From positions 3,900 through 67,899 of the forward strand of contig CAJHIS010000002.1 of the NCBI GenBank assembly GCA_905067555.1: 64,000 nucleotides of DNA. The letters run 5' to 3'. The notes under the pieces were generated by a model. That model did not search any database, was not told the origin of the DNA, and saw nothing but the letters and a program-made list of their open reading frames with translations. A program made the translations under genes and the position numbers. Positions 21,922 through 32,837 of this stretch are shown here, piece by piece. Positions within the stretch are counted from its first letter, which is position 1. Each line of letters begins with the position of its first letter. Source of the stretch: Candidatus Argoarchaeum ethanivorans (GTDB lineage: Archaea; Halobacteriota; Methanosarcinia; Methanosarcinales; EX4572-44).

Positions 21922-22877
21922 AAAGCCTCGTTTGTGATTGCAAAGTATGCAAGCAGCGCCTCCAGTTGTATTCGCTCATTTGCACCTTCTGTTAGTCGAA
22001 AGTCCACCTCTCCAATCTTATCAAATAACTTCAGTTTGAGCTTGTCAGGGAGGTTCACTTCAAACATGGCACGATGAAGCTGGATTAACACATCTTCACC
22101 AGAGAGGCCCTGTTCCAAGAGCAAGTTGTCGAGTTTTGAGCGAGCCGACAGGAAATTACCCTTTATGGAAACTGTGATAAGCTCTGCTATCTCTGCCGGA
22201 TGGGCTGTTGCTGTTATCTGGTATATCGTGTCCATATTTATCGTTTTATCTATCATCGCCGCTTCCTGAAGTGCATTGATCGCATGGCGCATGTCTCCAT
22301 GTGCTACATATTTTATTGCATCGAGTCCATCACTCGTTATGTTAAGCCCTTCCTGTTCTACAATGTATTGTATTCGCTCTTCCACTGCTTCATCAGATAT
22401 TGGTTTGAATCGGTATATTGCACAGCGGGATTGTATTGGCTCTATAATCTTGGAAGAATAGTTACAGGAGATGATAAAACGGCAGCTGCTGGTATATTTT
22501 TCCATGGTACGCCTCAGTGCAGACTGTGCGTCAGATGTCAGAGCATCGGCTTCATCAAGAAAGATAATCTTAAAATCAGCTTTGCCGAGCGGCACAGTGC
22601 GTGCAAAATTTTTAATCTTATATCGCACCACATCGATGCCGCGTTCATCACTGGCATTAAGCTCGATGAAGTTGCTTTGCCACTCTTCCCCGAACAACTC
22701 CCGTACGATAGAAATAGCAGATGCTGTTTTGCCGACACCCGGCGGTCCTGAAAACATGAGGTGGGGCAGGTTCCGCGATACCACATAAGAACGCAAGCGT
22801 TTAATGATCTCCTTCTGCCCTACGATATCTTCCAGTTTGTTTGGTCTATATTTTTCAATCCAGATAATTTCTTTCAA
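21918..22877 (-). CDS. rfcS: replication factor C small subunit
   Basis: WIEKYRP, GPPGVGKT, ELNASDERG, LDEAD; no intein; probable TTG start. Confidence 0.96.
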   Translation of the reverse strand: MKEIIWIEKYRPNKLEDIVGQKEIIKRLRSYVVSRNLPHLMFSGPPGVGKTASAISIVRELFGEEWQSNFIELNASDERGIDVVRYKIKNFARTVPLGKADFKIIFLDEADALTSDAQSALRRTMEKYTSSCRFIISCNYSSKIIEPIQSRCAIYRFKPISDEAVEERIQYIVEQEGLNITSDGLDAIKYVAHGDMRHAINALQEAAMIDKTINMDTIYQITATAHPAEIAELITVSIKGNFLSARSKLDNLLLEQGLSGEDVLIQLHRAMFEVNLPDKLKLKLFDKIGEVDFRLTEGANERIQLEALLAYFAITNEAL

Positions 22878-23001
22878 CTTAATACCTCTTATGAGTAACA
22901 CCAACTCACAGATTATAAGAACTTCGATTGAATAATCTCATGGTTTTAGTGTCACCACCACCATAAAGGTTATTACCTTACCATCCGTTTTGTTTTGTTT
23001 A

Positions 23002-24114
23002 ATGAGTGTAATTGAAGATTATTTTAAAAAGGTGCAAGACCAGTTAAGCTTTGATGATTTTTTGAAGCGCGTCGAGGAGAAAAGAGAAGTCATGGCAGGT
23101 CTGTGCGATGATGATACTTTATGTAGCATGGTATTACAGGAGCTCGGTGTCGACTCGATAAAAAAAATTTCAGAGATAACAGTTGATTCCGGAAAGGTTA
23201 GTATAAAAGCAAAGGTATTATCTGTATCAGAGGTTAGAGAATTCTCACGTGACAAGGGAAATGCAGGGCATGTATCAAATCTTATTGTAGGAGATGAAAC
23301 TGGCAGCATCAGGACGGTATTGTGGGACGATGCAGCGGACTTAGTAAAAACCAAAGAAATACAGAAGGATAGCAACCTGAACATATTCGGCAGTGTGCGA
23401 AATGGACAGAATGGACTTGAAATACATGTTGGGCGTGGTGGCAGAATAGACCTGCTTGACCAGGACATTAGTGCACATGTAAACAAGTGTCAGGTGGCAG
23501 ACATTGGTGAAGGAACGGCAAGCGTCAATCTCACAGCAAAAATAATTGATGCAGGCAATCTCAGGTTCTTCAAACGCAGGGATGGAAGCGAAGGAAAGGT
23601 GAGAACTGTAACACTGGGTGATCAAACCGGTAAAATAAACCTCACACTCTGGGACGAATCTGCAGAGACAATGCTTGTGGAAGACGAGGTTATTGAAATA
23701 ACAAATGCTTACTCAAAAAAGAATAATTACACCAACAACATAGAGCTGCAGTTAAGCCGTGATAGCCTGATAAACAAGACTGAAGCTCCCATAGACTATA
23801 ATGAGAAAATAACACCCATCAATGACATTGAGTTAGACAACACTTACAGCATACAGGGCTTTGTGAGCGGTATTGGTGAAATCAGAGAATTCACACGCAG
23901 GGACGGCAAAACAGGGCAGGTTGCAAACATCCACGTTTCAGACGATACAGGACGTGTAAAAGCAACACTCTGGGGAGATCAGGCTAACATAATCGATGAA
24001 GTCGATATTGGAAGTGAAGTAACGATCACCGGTGCAATGGCAAAGACAGGGCTAAACGAAGAAATCGAACTTAACCTTGACTGGAATAGTAAAATCAAAA
24101 TACTGCGAAAATAA
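23002..24114 (+). CDS. rpa: replication protein A, multi-OB-fold
   Basis: Three OB folds with GDETG/GDQTG/DDTG...LW motifs. Confidence 0.88.
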   Translation: MSVIEDYFKKVQDQLSFDDFLKRVEEKREVMAGLCDDDTLCSMVLQELGVDSIKKISEITVDSGKVSIKAKVLSVSEVREFSRDKGNAGHVSNLIVGDETGSIRTVLWDDAADLVKTKEIQKDSNLNIFGSVRNGQNGLEIHVGRGGRIDLLDQDISAHVNKCQVADIGEGTASVNLTAKIIDAGNLRFFKRRDGSEGKVRTVTLGDQTGKINLTLWDESAETMLVEDEVIEITNAYSKKNNYTNNIELQLSRDSLINKTEAPIDYNEKITPINDIELDNTYSIQGFVSGIGEIREFTRRDGKTGQVANIHVSDDTGRVKATLWGDQANIIDEVDIGSEVTITGAMAKTGLNEEIELNLDWNSKIKILRK

Positions 24115-24116
24115 CT

Positions 24117-24154
24117 CTCGACTACGAAGTAGTCGAGCTACGTAAAGTAGTCGA
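24117..24154. repeat. REP-like hairpin plus half copy
   Basis: ctcgactac-gaa-gtagtcgag then ctacgtaaagtagtcgag, running into the RBS of the next gene. Confidence 0.8.
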
Positions 24155-24165
24155 GGAGTGATAAT

Positions 24166-25215
24166 ATGACATCAGAAGACGGACTTTCAATAATCATCAG
24201 GTACAAAACTGAGATTATAACAGTTACTGCTGTTTTTTTGCTGTTTTTGCTGTTTTTTTTTGTGCTCTCCCCACTTCTTGATGGTATCGTGCTTGGGATC
24301 GTATTTGCTTATGTTGCCCGCCCAATAAAGGCCGTCCTTAATCATCGTTTCAAAACTGGTTCTGCAATTATTGCTACTTCAGCAATTACAGTGCCTATTT
24401 TTTTGATTCTTGGTCTTGGTCTCATTGAAATTAGTAATAAAATCGTATGGGCAGTGCGTAATAAGGATGTGTTGATAACCGAACTCAATACACTCTCTTC
24501 AAGGCTGGACATTCCTGAAGTGATATATACTCAGATTCATTCTGTTTTTATAAATCTTTCAAATACTCTTATTCCTGCCCTGGCACAACTTCCTTTGTTT
24601 GACTATGCCAAGGTTATTGGTTTGACCACTGTTAATGTTGTGATTTCTGTCATAGTGTGTTTTTATCTCTTAAGAGACAGCGAAGAGGGTATAAATCGTT
24701 TTCTTGATCTGATACCATCAAACAGACTGGATATCACAAAAAAATTCCTTGCCGAACTTGATGGGATTCTTACTGCCATTTATATTGGTAATGCATATAC
24801 TGCAATCATTGTTGCTGTTGTATCGCTGTTTATATTTTTGTTCTTTGGTTTTTCAAGTGTGCTTGCACTGTCAGCTTTGATCTTTCTTGCAGCCCTCATA
24901 CCATTGTTTACTGGATGGATGATACTTCTGCCACTTGCGATTTATAAGTACCTTCTCGTGGGACCTGTCGAGGCAGTAATGTTTTTTATTGTTGCATCCA
25001 TCATTATCTATGGTCCCCCTGAACTTATTATTCGCCCCTACATTATTGGTAAGAAATCTGGCATTCATCCACTGTTAATCATTCTCACCTTTATCGGTGG
25101 TGGTTTTGTTGGGGGTATTTCAGGATTCTTCCTTGCCCCAATGCTTCTTGGTGCCCTCATTGCTGCATATCGCGTATATATACCCTGGAAAAAAGGTTAC
25201 ATACAGTCGGATTAA
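24166..25215 (+). CDS. AI-2E family transporter
   Basis: AYVARP, IRPYIIG, HPLLIILTFIGG, GFFLAP. Confidence 0.88.
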   Translation: MTSEDGLSIIIRYKTEIITVTAVFLLFLLFFFVLSPLLDGIVLGIVFAYVARPIKAVLNHRFKTGSAIIATSAITVPIFLILGLGLIEISNKIVWAVRNKDVLITELNTLSSRLDIPEVIYTQIHSVFINLSNTLIPALAQLPLFDYAKVIGLTTVNVVISVIVCFYLLRDSEEGINRFLDLIPSNRLDITKKFLAELDGILTAIYIGNAYTAIIVAVVSLFIFLFFGFSSVLALSALIFLAALIPLFTGWMILLPLAIYKYLLVGPVEAVMFFIVASIIIYGPPELIIRPYIIGKKSGIHPLLIILTFIGGGFVGGISGFFLAPMLLGALIAAYRVYIPWKKGYIQSD

Positions 25216-25258
25216 TCAGATACTTATTTCACTTTGCAGAGCATAAGATGGAGTTATC

Positions 25259-25864
25259 ATGCCAGAACTAATCGATACTTACTGTACAAACTGTAAGTAC
25301 GTTACTATTCACACAATACTCAAAGGAGCACCAAACCAAGTGGTACAATGTACAGAGTGCGGTAGCATTCATCCCATGACTGTCAAAAAAGAAAAAATGC
25401 ATGCAATTAAAGTGGTTGTAAGCGGCGTTGATAAAACAACACATTACACCATCTTAAAACCAGCAGACGAAGAGCTAAAAATAGGGGATGAATTTATCAT
25501 AAAAACAGGAAACGAGGGTGCGACCATCGTTCATGTAACTTCCATTGAATCTGAAGCTCGCAGATTGTCACGTGCTACTGTAAAAAACATCAAGACGGTC
25601 TGGACTCGAGATATAGAAGAGATTACCTTAAAGGTGGCAATCAATCTTGGACAGAAAACAAAATCCATCAAATATAAAGTACAAGGAGATAAAGAATTTA
25701 TCATTGGTTCAACAGAACATTACAAGACTGGTGCATACATAATAAAAAAAATAAAACTCCGGGACAGGGGTTTTGTGTTTAGAGAAGGTAAGAGAGTACT
25801 TGCAAAAGATATACAGCGCATCTTTGCTGAAGCCGGGAGGAGGAAAGATATGCAGCAAGATTAA
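25259..25864 (+). CDS. archaeal zinc-finger protein (HVO_0476/COG1326 family)
   Basis: CTNC...H...CTECGSIH; precedes pcm. Confidence 0.8.
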   Translation: MPELIDTYCTNCKYVTIHTILKGAPNQVVQCTECGSIHPMTVKKEKMHAIKVVVSGVDKTTHYTILKPADEELKIGDEFIIKTGNEGATIVHVTSIESEARRLSRATVKNIKTVWTRDIEEITLKVAINLGQKTKSIKYKVQGDKEFIIGSTEHYKTGAYIIKKIKLRDRGFVFREGKRVLAKDIQRIFAEAGRRKDMQQD

Positions 25865-25875
25865 CTGGAGACGTA

Positions 25876-26508
25876 ATGGAATTTAGCAGAAAAAGAACAC
25901 GACTTGTAGATGGACTTAAGTATCATGGCATAGATCGCCGTGTGCTTGATGCAATGGATAAAGTGCCGAGGCACATATTTGTGTCAGATTCACAAAAGGA
26001 ATATGCATACCAGGACACTCCTTTAAGCATTGGATCTGGGCAGACCATATCAGCACCGCACATGGTTGCAATCATGTGCAATCTTTTAGACCTTGAGGAA
26101 GGTATGCGTGTTCTTGAGATCGGAACAGGCTCGGGATATCATGTAGCAGTAATTGCAGAACTGGTTGGAAAAACAGGGCACGTGTATACAGTAGAGCGCA
26201 TCGAACAACTCGCACATTTCGCAAGAAATAATCTCAAAAAAACAGGATATGCTAATGTTACTGTAATAATCGAAGACGGTTCTCTTGGGCTTCCGGAATA
26301 TGCGCCCTATGATCGAATCAGTGTTGCTGCAGCAGCACCAGAAGTGCCACAGACGCTTATCGACCAGCTTACGGAGGGCGGAAAAATGGTAATACCAGTA
26401 GGTTCATTCCCGCAAGAACTATATCTTGTAACAAAAAATATTGAAATAACAATGGTAAAAAAAGGGGGCGTTTCCTTTGTACCTCTAAAAGGCAAATATG
26501 GATTTTAG
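25876..26508 (+). CDS. pcm: protein-L-isoaspartate O-methyltransferase
   Basis: [25 protein letters not shown]. Confidence 0.96.
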   Translation: MEFSRKRTRLVDGLKYHGIDRRVLDAMDKVPRHIFVSDSQKEYAYQDTPLSIGSGQTISAPHMVAIMCNLLDLEEGMRVLEIGTGSGYHVAVIAELVGKTGHVYTVERIEQLAHFARNNLKKTGYANVTVIIEDGSLGLPEYAPYDRISVAAAAPEVPQTLIDQLTEGGKMVIPVGSFPQELYLVTKNIEITMVKKGGVSFVPLKGKYGF

Positions 26509-26683
26509 TTTCTCTTACCAGAGGTACACTGGAAAAATAAAGGGACATAAAAAATGTTAAATTGAACAACCAAAAATGCAGTCAAATCATTTGAAAGTTG
26601 TTCATTAAAATAAAAAATAAATGTTATAAAAATATTTAGAACATAAAATTTTATGTTCCAGCAATTAAGTCTTAATGATTATA

Positions 26684-26854
26684 TCAATATCGTCTGAAGC
26701 TACCTCTGCCCCTTTTTTCAGCTTTTTTCTTGTCTCTGCACTCTTTGCAGCGTTTAGGTTCGTCAAATCCTTTCTCTTCAAAAAATTCTTGCTCTCCTGC
26801 TGTGAAAATGAACTCTTCACCACAATCCTGGCAATTTAATGTCTTATCTTCCAT
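26684..26854 (-). CDS. small zinc-ribbon protein (zf-trcl-like), 56 aa
   Basis: Not in ORF track: MEDKTLNCQDCGEEFIFTAGEQEFFEEKGFDEPKRCKECRDKKKAEKRGRGSFRRY. Confidence 0.9.
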   Translation of the reverse strand: MEDKTLNCQDCGEEFIFTAGEQEFFEEKGFDEPKRCKECRDKKKAEKRGRGSFRRY

Positions 26855-27350
26855 ATTTCAGTTCCTTTTTAATTTTTTATCAGTATTTTAACATCAGTCG
26901 TATTCACATGTATGATCGATAATCAAAAAGACTTCGAAGGATGCAAAAACACTCGACCGTTCAGTATTCTTCCAGGTTTGTCTGATGTTAACTTACTTCA
27001 CCCATATTAACTCATCACTACTTAATAAAGCTATCCTAACAGCATCTCCAAAGAATATGTCTATATGATTTTGCAGTTGTATTTCTACTTTCTTCATAGG
27101 ATATCTTATGGATATCCCTTGTATACAAAGATTATGATAAATCTGCTTGGGGTTCAATCGAATAAAAATGACTAATCTCAGATTAAAGAAGAATTGAAAG
27201 AAAATTTAAAAGTTTTTCAGAGATACTGCAAATGTCGAAAGTTTTTTATAGTCGTCAGACGTATGGCATATTTACGGCAGACATAGGTATGCTGTTGTGG
27301 TACCATTGTCGCTGTTGTATACCCATACAGTGGACATGTGAGTAAAACAA

Positions 27351-27584
27351 ATGCAAAGAGTAACAATTAGACTCCCAGAGCAACAATCAACAATGATCGA
27401 CTGGTTAGTTGGAAATGGTGAATTTTCGTCCGTAAGCGAAGCAATCAGGACGGCTATAAGAGATATGATCGATCAACGCACTGAAAAAATAAAAGGTAGG
27501 TTAAACCTCGTTGGAGAAATGCAAAAAACATCTCCAGAGAGTGCTATGACCTACCTAATAAACCAAACAAAAAGAGGTGAATAG
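27351..27584 (+). CDS. cdrS: ribbon-helix-helix cell-division regulator
   Basis: MQRVTIRLP...[15 protein letters not shown] directly upstream of ftsZ. Confidence 0.85.
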   Translation: MQRVTIRLPEQQSTMIDWLVGNGEFSSVSEAIRTAIRDMIDQRTEKIKGRLNLVGEMQKTSPESAMTYLINQTKRGE

Positions 27585-27586
27585 GA

Positions 27587-28693
27587 ATGAAATCATTTAT
27601 AATTGAATCACAGAAATATGATAAAAAAGAGAAAATAGTGCGAACGCTTGCAGATGACGATCTTGCCAAACAGCCAATAATACCCCAGATAATCGTGGTG
27701 GGCTGTGGTGGCGGCGGAGGCAACACAATTAATAGACTACACACCATTGGTATCGCAGATGCTCAAACCATCGCTATAAATACCGACCGGGTGCATCTTG
27801 CAAATATAAAAGCTAACAAGCGGGTACTAATTGGAAAAAAGCTAACAAAAGGACTTGGAGCCGGCGGATACCCAGAAGTAGGACGCAAAGCTGCAGAGGC
27901 GGCAAAACATGAACTTGAACACATGTTAACCGGTGCAAACCTTGTGTTTATAACAGCAGGAATGGGTGGCGGCACAGGTACAGGCTCAGCACCTGTAGTA
28001 GCACAGATAGCCAAAGAACGGGGCGCAATAGTAGTGGGAATGGTCACAAGCCCATTTAATGTAGAGCGTGAACGAAGGATCAAAGCAGAAGAAGGGCTCG
28101 AAGAATTGCGAAAAATAGCAGATACTGTAATAGTACTGGAAAATGAACGATTGCTTAACTATGTGCCAAACCTGCCGATAGATCAAGCATTTTCAGTGAT
28201 GGATCAACTAATTGCTGTAACAGTAAAAAGCATATCAGAAACCATCACTCAACCATCACTAATTAACATCGATTACGCAGATGTACACGCCATAATGAAA
28301 GATGGTGGTGTAGCAGTCATGCTTGTAGGAGAAGCAAAAGGACAGGATAAAACCAATGAAGTCTTGCGGCAGGCACTCAACCATCCACTGCTCGATATAA
28401 ACTACTCTGGTGCAACAGGTTGCCTGCTTCACATGACTGGCGGTCCCGACATGTCTCTCCAGGAAGCAGAACAGATTGCAGATGCTCTTACTTATGAACT
28501 TGATCCACGAGCTAATGTTATATGGGGTGCAAGAGTCTCACCAGATTACGATGATAAAATACAGGTACTGGCAATAATGACTGGTATCACATCACCTATG
28601 GTGCTTGGCTCTACTGACAAAATCAAGTCAATACATTCAACTGGCATTATGTCGGAGCCTCTAATAGCTGATGCTTTGATAGATACAATTTAG
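27587..28693 (+). CDS. ftsZ: cell division protein FtsZ (FtsZ2 type by cdrS linkage)
   Basis: [24 protein letters not shown]. Confidence 0.97.
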   Translation: MKSFIIESQKYDKKEKIVRTLADDDLAKQPIIPQIIVVGCGGGGGNTINRLHTIGIADAQTIAINTDRVHLANIKANKRVLIGKKLTKGLGAGGYPEVGRKAAEAAKHELEHMLTGANLVFITAGMGGGTGTGSAPVVAQIAKERGAIVVGMVTSPFNVERERRIKAEEGLEELRKIADTVIVLENERLLNYVPNLPIDQAFSVMDQLIAVTVKSISETITQPSLINIDYADVHAIMKDGGVAVMLVGEAKGQDKTNEVLRQALNHPLLDINYSGATGCLLHMTGGPDMSLQEAEQIADALTYELDPRANVIWGARVSPDYDDKIQVLAIMTGITSPMVLGSTDKIKSIHSTGIMSEPLIADALIDTI

Positions 28694-28764
28694 CTTTAGC
28701 TTGAAATACATACACCTGAACAAAATTAATTTTTTGTTGATGTGCTGAATTCAATACATATTTC

Positions 28765-28904
28765 CTGCACTTGATTGCTAACACACTCGATTGCTTGCAC
28801 AACTCGATTGCTTGCACAACTCGATTGCTTGCACAACTCGATTGCTTGCACAACTCGACTACTTCGTAGTCGAGGGTTGCCGGTTAGTTTCACTCACGTT
28901 GTGT
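28765..28904. repeat. REP-like cluster with 17-bp tandem repeat
   Basis: actcgattgcttgcaca x4 (28785-28852) then ctcgactac-ttc-gtagtcgag. Confidence 0.9.
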
Positions 28905-28997
28905 TACTCTGGATTGTCCCGACCGCGAGCTCTGCTGTATGGTATAGTAATTAAATCAAGTGCAGAAAATAACGAATCCTGACTACAAAACTCGTAC

Positions 28998-29600
28998 CTA
29001 AGCTCTTTTTTTTGATTCGCCGCAGATAACTCCAGTAGCAATTAAATGCGCTGCTCTTAGTGGTTCAGGGATGTTACTACGGGTAGAAGACATCTTTACG
29101 ATTTTTATCGCATCTTTCTTCTGCAATCCTGCACACTGGATATATATTGGCTTCCCTGGATCTCTGGTGAATACTTCAATAACTTCACCTGCACTCTGGA
29201 GCAACTTCCAGCGTTCCTCTATGCAAGATAAATTAGATAAAGCTTTTTTTATTTTTTTAAAATCAGGTTTTTTTCTCATTATCACAATAACCGGTATATT
29301 TGTTCCAGTGTACAGTTTTTTTATATTCAGGATGTTGAATCCTGCATACGTGATGCCGTCAAGAATTATAGCCCGGACCTGTTTATAATGACGGCTATTT
29401 ATAATCATATCAATCAGTTTTTCCGTGCCGTCCATACCATCTTTTGTGATTGTTGTGCGCATCACGCCATCCATCCAGTGGCTGCCTCTAAAAACAGTTC
29501 CGATGATAAGTACATCCTTTTTTACAAGTTTTGAGTCGTCTATTCCAAGTAGCCGTATTTCCGGTTTAATCGTGATTTTGCCGTAGGATTCTGTTACCAT
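28998..29600 (-). CDS. DUF99 family protein (endonuclease V-like fold)
   Basis: LGIDDS, DGITYAGFN, IPEPLRAAHLIA. Confidence 0.9.
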   Translation of the reverse strand: MVTESYGKITIKPEIRLLGIDDSKLVKKDVLIIGTVFRGSHWMDGVMRTTITKDGMDGTEKLIDMIINSRHYKQVRAIILDGITYAGFNILNIKKLYTGTNIPVIVIMRKKPDFKKIKKALSNLSCIEERWKLLQSAGEVIEVFTRDPGKPIYIQCAGLQKKDAIKIVKMSSTRSNIPEPLRAAHLIATGVICGESKKRA

Positions 29601-29602
29601 AT

Positions 29603-30844
29603 TTATATGCCTGTGTGGTATCGAAGTATTGCAGCAATTCCACCAAAGGCATTTAGTAGTTGCTCTCCCTCTTCAAAGTCTGCTGATATAAACACTACTT
29701 CTGTACCCATCTGGTCGGAAATTACAGAGAGTTCTTCCACCATATCAACAGCCTGTGTTATTTTTGTTGCGCTTTTGCATTTGCTGCATGGAGGTGTTTC
29801 TATTTCCTGTTTCCCTGGTTTTCTGGCGTATGTTTTTTTCTCCTCGTGTTTGCATACATCACAGACCATGGTAATTCTTATTTTTTTCAGATCCTCTGAT
29901 AGAAGCAGTGTCTGGACTGCCCCCATTTCAAGGTTCTTTCGTACATGTTCTTCCCCGTATGTCGCAGATCCTTTATCTTTTACCAATTCTTTCATGAAGT
30001 TTTGCATGTATTGTTTTTCTTTTATAATATCGAGTCCCTCGAGGATGTCCTGTGCATTTTCAAGCAGTTCATAGAGCCCGGACTCGTCTGTGTACGATGT
30101 GTCGACAAGTCCAAGAATTTTTTGCTGCAGTTCGTGGTGAAGATATTCTCCATGTTCGAACTCCTCTTTTGTGGGAGATGGTCCCCCTATGATAATACCT
30201 TCAAGATCATGGTGATCTACTGTTAGGAATACACTATTTGCCTTATCCCCAATGCGGGTGTAAAACTCGTTGATAGCTATCAGCCGCAGTTGTTGAAAAC
30301 GGTGTGCGCTCTGCCCGCCTTTTCGTTGTTTGCCAGGAACATTTGATGTGAGGCTTGCAGATGCTTCGATGCGTTTACCATGCAAAAGCCCTATATTTGC
30401 CTCTCGCCTGTCAAGTACAAGTAATCCATAGATCCTCTTATCTTCCAGCATTTCTTCAAGCGTCTGCAGGTAGAACTCTGAATTGCAGTGATATTTATAG
30501 GAAATAAGTGGTTCTGGTGGTTCAATGATTGTTGTTTGCATATCTGTTTTGTTTGCCCCGATATCTATAGCCCCTGTAAATATGACAAAGCCGTTTTCTG
30601 GTGCTCTTTGTATATATTTAAGTCTCGAGAGTAGAGAATCAATAGCACTTTGCACGTTTCCGCGTGTGAGGCGTGATTTAATATTACTTGCCTGTCCATA
30701 TTCATCTCTGAGCTGTGATGTTACATCTGAAATCTGTTTGTCGTATGGTATGTAAAGAGAAATCAGTTCTGTACCTCTGCCGTGTTTCTCTCTTAGTTCT
30801 TCGAGTTGTTTTTTAAATTCGTATTTTTTATGAGCATCTACCAT
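29603..30844 (-). CDS. prf1: peptide chain release factor aRF1
   Basis: GTELISLYIP, NIKS, GGQS, FGGIAAILRY. Confidence 0.97.
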   Translation of the reverse strand: MVDAHKKYEFKKQLEELREKHGRGTELISLYIPYDKQISDVTSQLRDEYGQASNIKSRLTRGNVQSAIDSLLSRLKYIQRAPENGFVIFTGAIDIGANKTDMQTTIIEPPEPLISYKYHCNSEFYLQTLEEMLEDKRIYGLLVLDRREANIGLLHGKRIEASASLTSNVPGKQRKGGQSAHRFQQLRLIAINEFYTRIGDKANSVFLTVDHHDLEGIIIGGPSPTKEEFEHGEYLHHELQQKILGLVDTSYTDESGLYELLENAQDILEGLDIIKEKQYMQNFMKELVKDKGSATYGEEHVRKNLEMGAVQTLLLSEDLKKIRITMVCDVCKHEEKKTYARKPGKQEIETPPCSKCKSATKITQAVDMVEELSVISDQMGTEVVFISADFEEGEQLLNAFGGIAAILRYHTGI

Positions 30845-30869
30845 ATATATCACTGTAAATTAAACAAAC

Positions 30870-31141
30870 CTAATACATGACTTTCGGGTATCCGGATTCT
30901 GCTGCCAACTCGATTGAGACAAAACATCTACATGCCAAATTTTATAGAGTGGCAATAAGGATCGCTGATATCCATTGTGTTCAATATGCAAAGACCTTTA
31001 CCTAAGTTTATCCATCAACTCTGGCTCTTTTGGATTCATCTCTGATTCCATTCTTTTCTCATCATTGGCAATAAAAGCAACGCCCCAGGGATGGAAAATC
31101 GATTCGAATAGTGGCTACAATTCAAATTTTTCATGATCCAT
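30870..31141 (-). pseudogene. decayed remnant, possibly of an NDP-forming acyl-CoA ligase
   Basis: GAGGT RBS then MDHEKFEL*PLFESIFHPWGVAFIA..., resembling the CoA-binding N-terminus; multiple stops. Confidence 0.3.
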
Positions 31142-31224
31142 AATTACCTCTATTTTCAAGAGTGGCTTTTCCAGTTTCGCTTTGAGTTGTGTTATTTGTT
31201 TATGCCCTTTAATCTATTTTGGGT

Positions 31225-31560
31225 ACAGAGGTGCCTGTGGAAGCGGTCTACTAATGGCAAAAAATCCAAGCCACTCTCGACGCTATGGTTATTTAGCATG
31301 TTCACAAATTAGGTAAACTATTCACTGGGCGTTCCCTGAAACCCGATTCATATCGCTGTTTTCTTGTGGAAATCTGTGTAATCTCGTGGTTAGTTTGAGC
31401 CAGACAAATCTAAAACCCACAACTTAATCTTGTGGGAGCTAAACATGTACCATTTTTTTATTTATACAAATATCTCTAATGGAAATCAAGGGGTCCCAAG
31501 CAACATCGTTAATAAGCATTATTTCTATTTCAGTTCTGCAAACAACAGGATGATTGGTGT
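31225..31560. promoter_or_regulatory. putative replication origin / Cdc6-binding ORB boxes
   Basis: ctctaatggaaatcaaggggt (31474-31494) resembles an ORB with G-string; weaker gtgcctgtggaagc (31231) and ttcttgtggaaatc (31361); AT tract 31452-31470; immediately upstream of cdc6. Confidence 0.55.
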
Positions 31561-31587
31561 TTTTGGTATGTTCTTGAGGTCGTTTAA

Positions 31588-32820
31588 ATGGCTGTAGTAA
31601 ATAGTATATTCGAAAAATTTCTCTCCAATGTTCAAATCTTTGAAAACAGGGAAGTGTTGCGTCACACATATACTCCTGAACACCTGCCTCACCGTGATGT
31701 ACAGGTGGAAAGCCTTGCTGCTATTCTGGTTGCCGCTCTTCGAAAAGATACTCCGTCAAATGTTTTGATCTATGGCAAGACTGGAACCGGGAAAACAGCT
31801 GTGACAAAGTATGTGGGAATGGAGCTTGAGAAAAGCGGTGAAATTCATGGAGTCCCTTGCTATGTTATTTATATAAACTGTGAAATCGTTGACACACAGT
31901 ACAGGCTGCTAGCGCATCTTGCAAGGCACTTTGACAAAGACATCCCTATGACTGGTTGGCCAACAGATCAAGTGTATGCTGAGTTTAAAGAAGCTCTTGA
32001 TAGTGAAAAAGCAATCGTTATTGTCGTTTTGGATGAGATTGATAAACTCGTTAAAAAGGGAGATGACGTATTATATAATCTTTCCCGGATAAACGGGGAT
32101 CTGCATAAAGCTCGCATGGCTATTATTGGAATCTCCAATGATTTAAATTTCACTGAATTTTTAGATCCAAGAGTTAGAAGCTCGCTTGGAGAAGAGGAAA
32201 TAATTTTTCCCCCGTACGATGCCAAACAGATAAAAGACATCTTGAGTCAGCGCGCTGTTATGGCATTTAAGACAGGAGTTCTCGAAGAAAATGTCATACC
32301 ACTGTGTGCTGCTTTTGCCGCACAAGAGAATGGTGATGCACGCCGTGCTCTTGATCTACTTCGAGTATCTGCTGAACTGGCAGAACGTGAAAAATCATCC
32401 ATGGTACGGGAAGAGCACGTGAGGGCAGCCCATGAAAAAATAGAACTTGATAGAGTTGCTGAAGTGGTATGTACTCTTCCAACCCAGTCAAAGCTTGTGC
32501 TACTTTCAGTATTGAAATTGGTTGAGGGTGGGGGGAATCGTTTCATTACTGGTCAGGTGTACCATACATATTGCAAGATGTGCTTACAGATCCAAATGGA
32601 TGTCCTGACTCATCGTCGTATTACCGATCTGATTTCAGAACTGGATATGCTTGGCATTATCAACGCGATGGTTATAAGTAAAGGCAGATATGGTCGTACC
32701 AAGGAAATTTCTTTGAGCACCCCTCTTGAAAGTACCATGAAAACACTCTTCAAGGATTACAGGCTGCAACCATTAATCAACTTTAAAGCACCTGTGGTAG
32801 CACAGACGAAATTTTATTAA
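31588..32820 (+). CDS. cdc6: Orc1/Cdc6 replication initiator
   Basis: YGKTGTGKT, LDEID, GDARRALDLLR, SKGRYGRT. Confidence 0.97.
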   Translation: MAVVNSIFEKFLSNVQIFENREVLRHTYTPEHLPHRDVQVESLAAILVAALRKDTPSNVLIYGKTGTGKTAVTKYVGMELEKSGEIHGVPCYVIYINCEIVDTQYRLLAHLARHFDKDIPMTGWPTDQVYAEFKEALDSEKAIVIVVLDEIDKLVKKGDDVLYNLSRINGDLHKARMAIIGISNDLNFTEFLDPRVRSSLGEEEIIFPPYDAKQIKDILSQRAVMAFKTGVLEENVIPLCAAFAAQENGDARRALDLLRVSAELAEREKSSMVREEHVRAAHEKIELDRVAEVVCTLPTQSKLVLLSVLKLVEGGGNRFITGQVYHTYCKMCLQIQMDVLTHRRITDLISELDMLGIINAMVISKGRYGRTKEISLSTPLESTMKTLFKDYRLQPLINFKAPVVAQTKFY

Positions 32821-32837
32821 ATAGTTAATTTTTTAAA

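Noticed and set aside
28785..28852. 17-bp repeats as CRISPR, or ORFs 28791..28982 and 28647..28853 as genes
   Set aside because: No spacers; the ORFs are translations of the repeat.
31115..31118. In-frame TAG as a pyrrolysine codon
   Set aside because: Further stops and frame breaks follow; decay is the simpler explanation.
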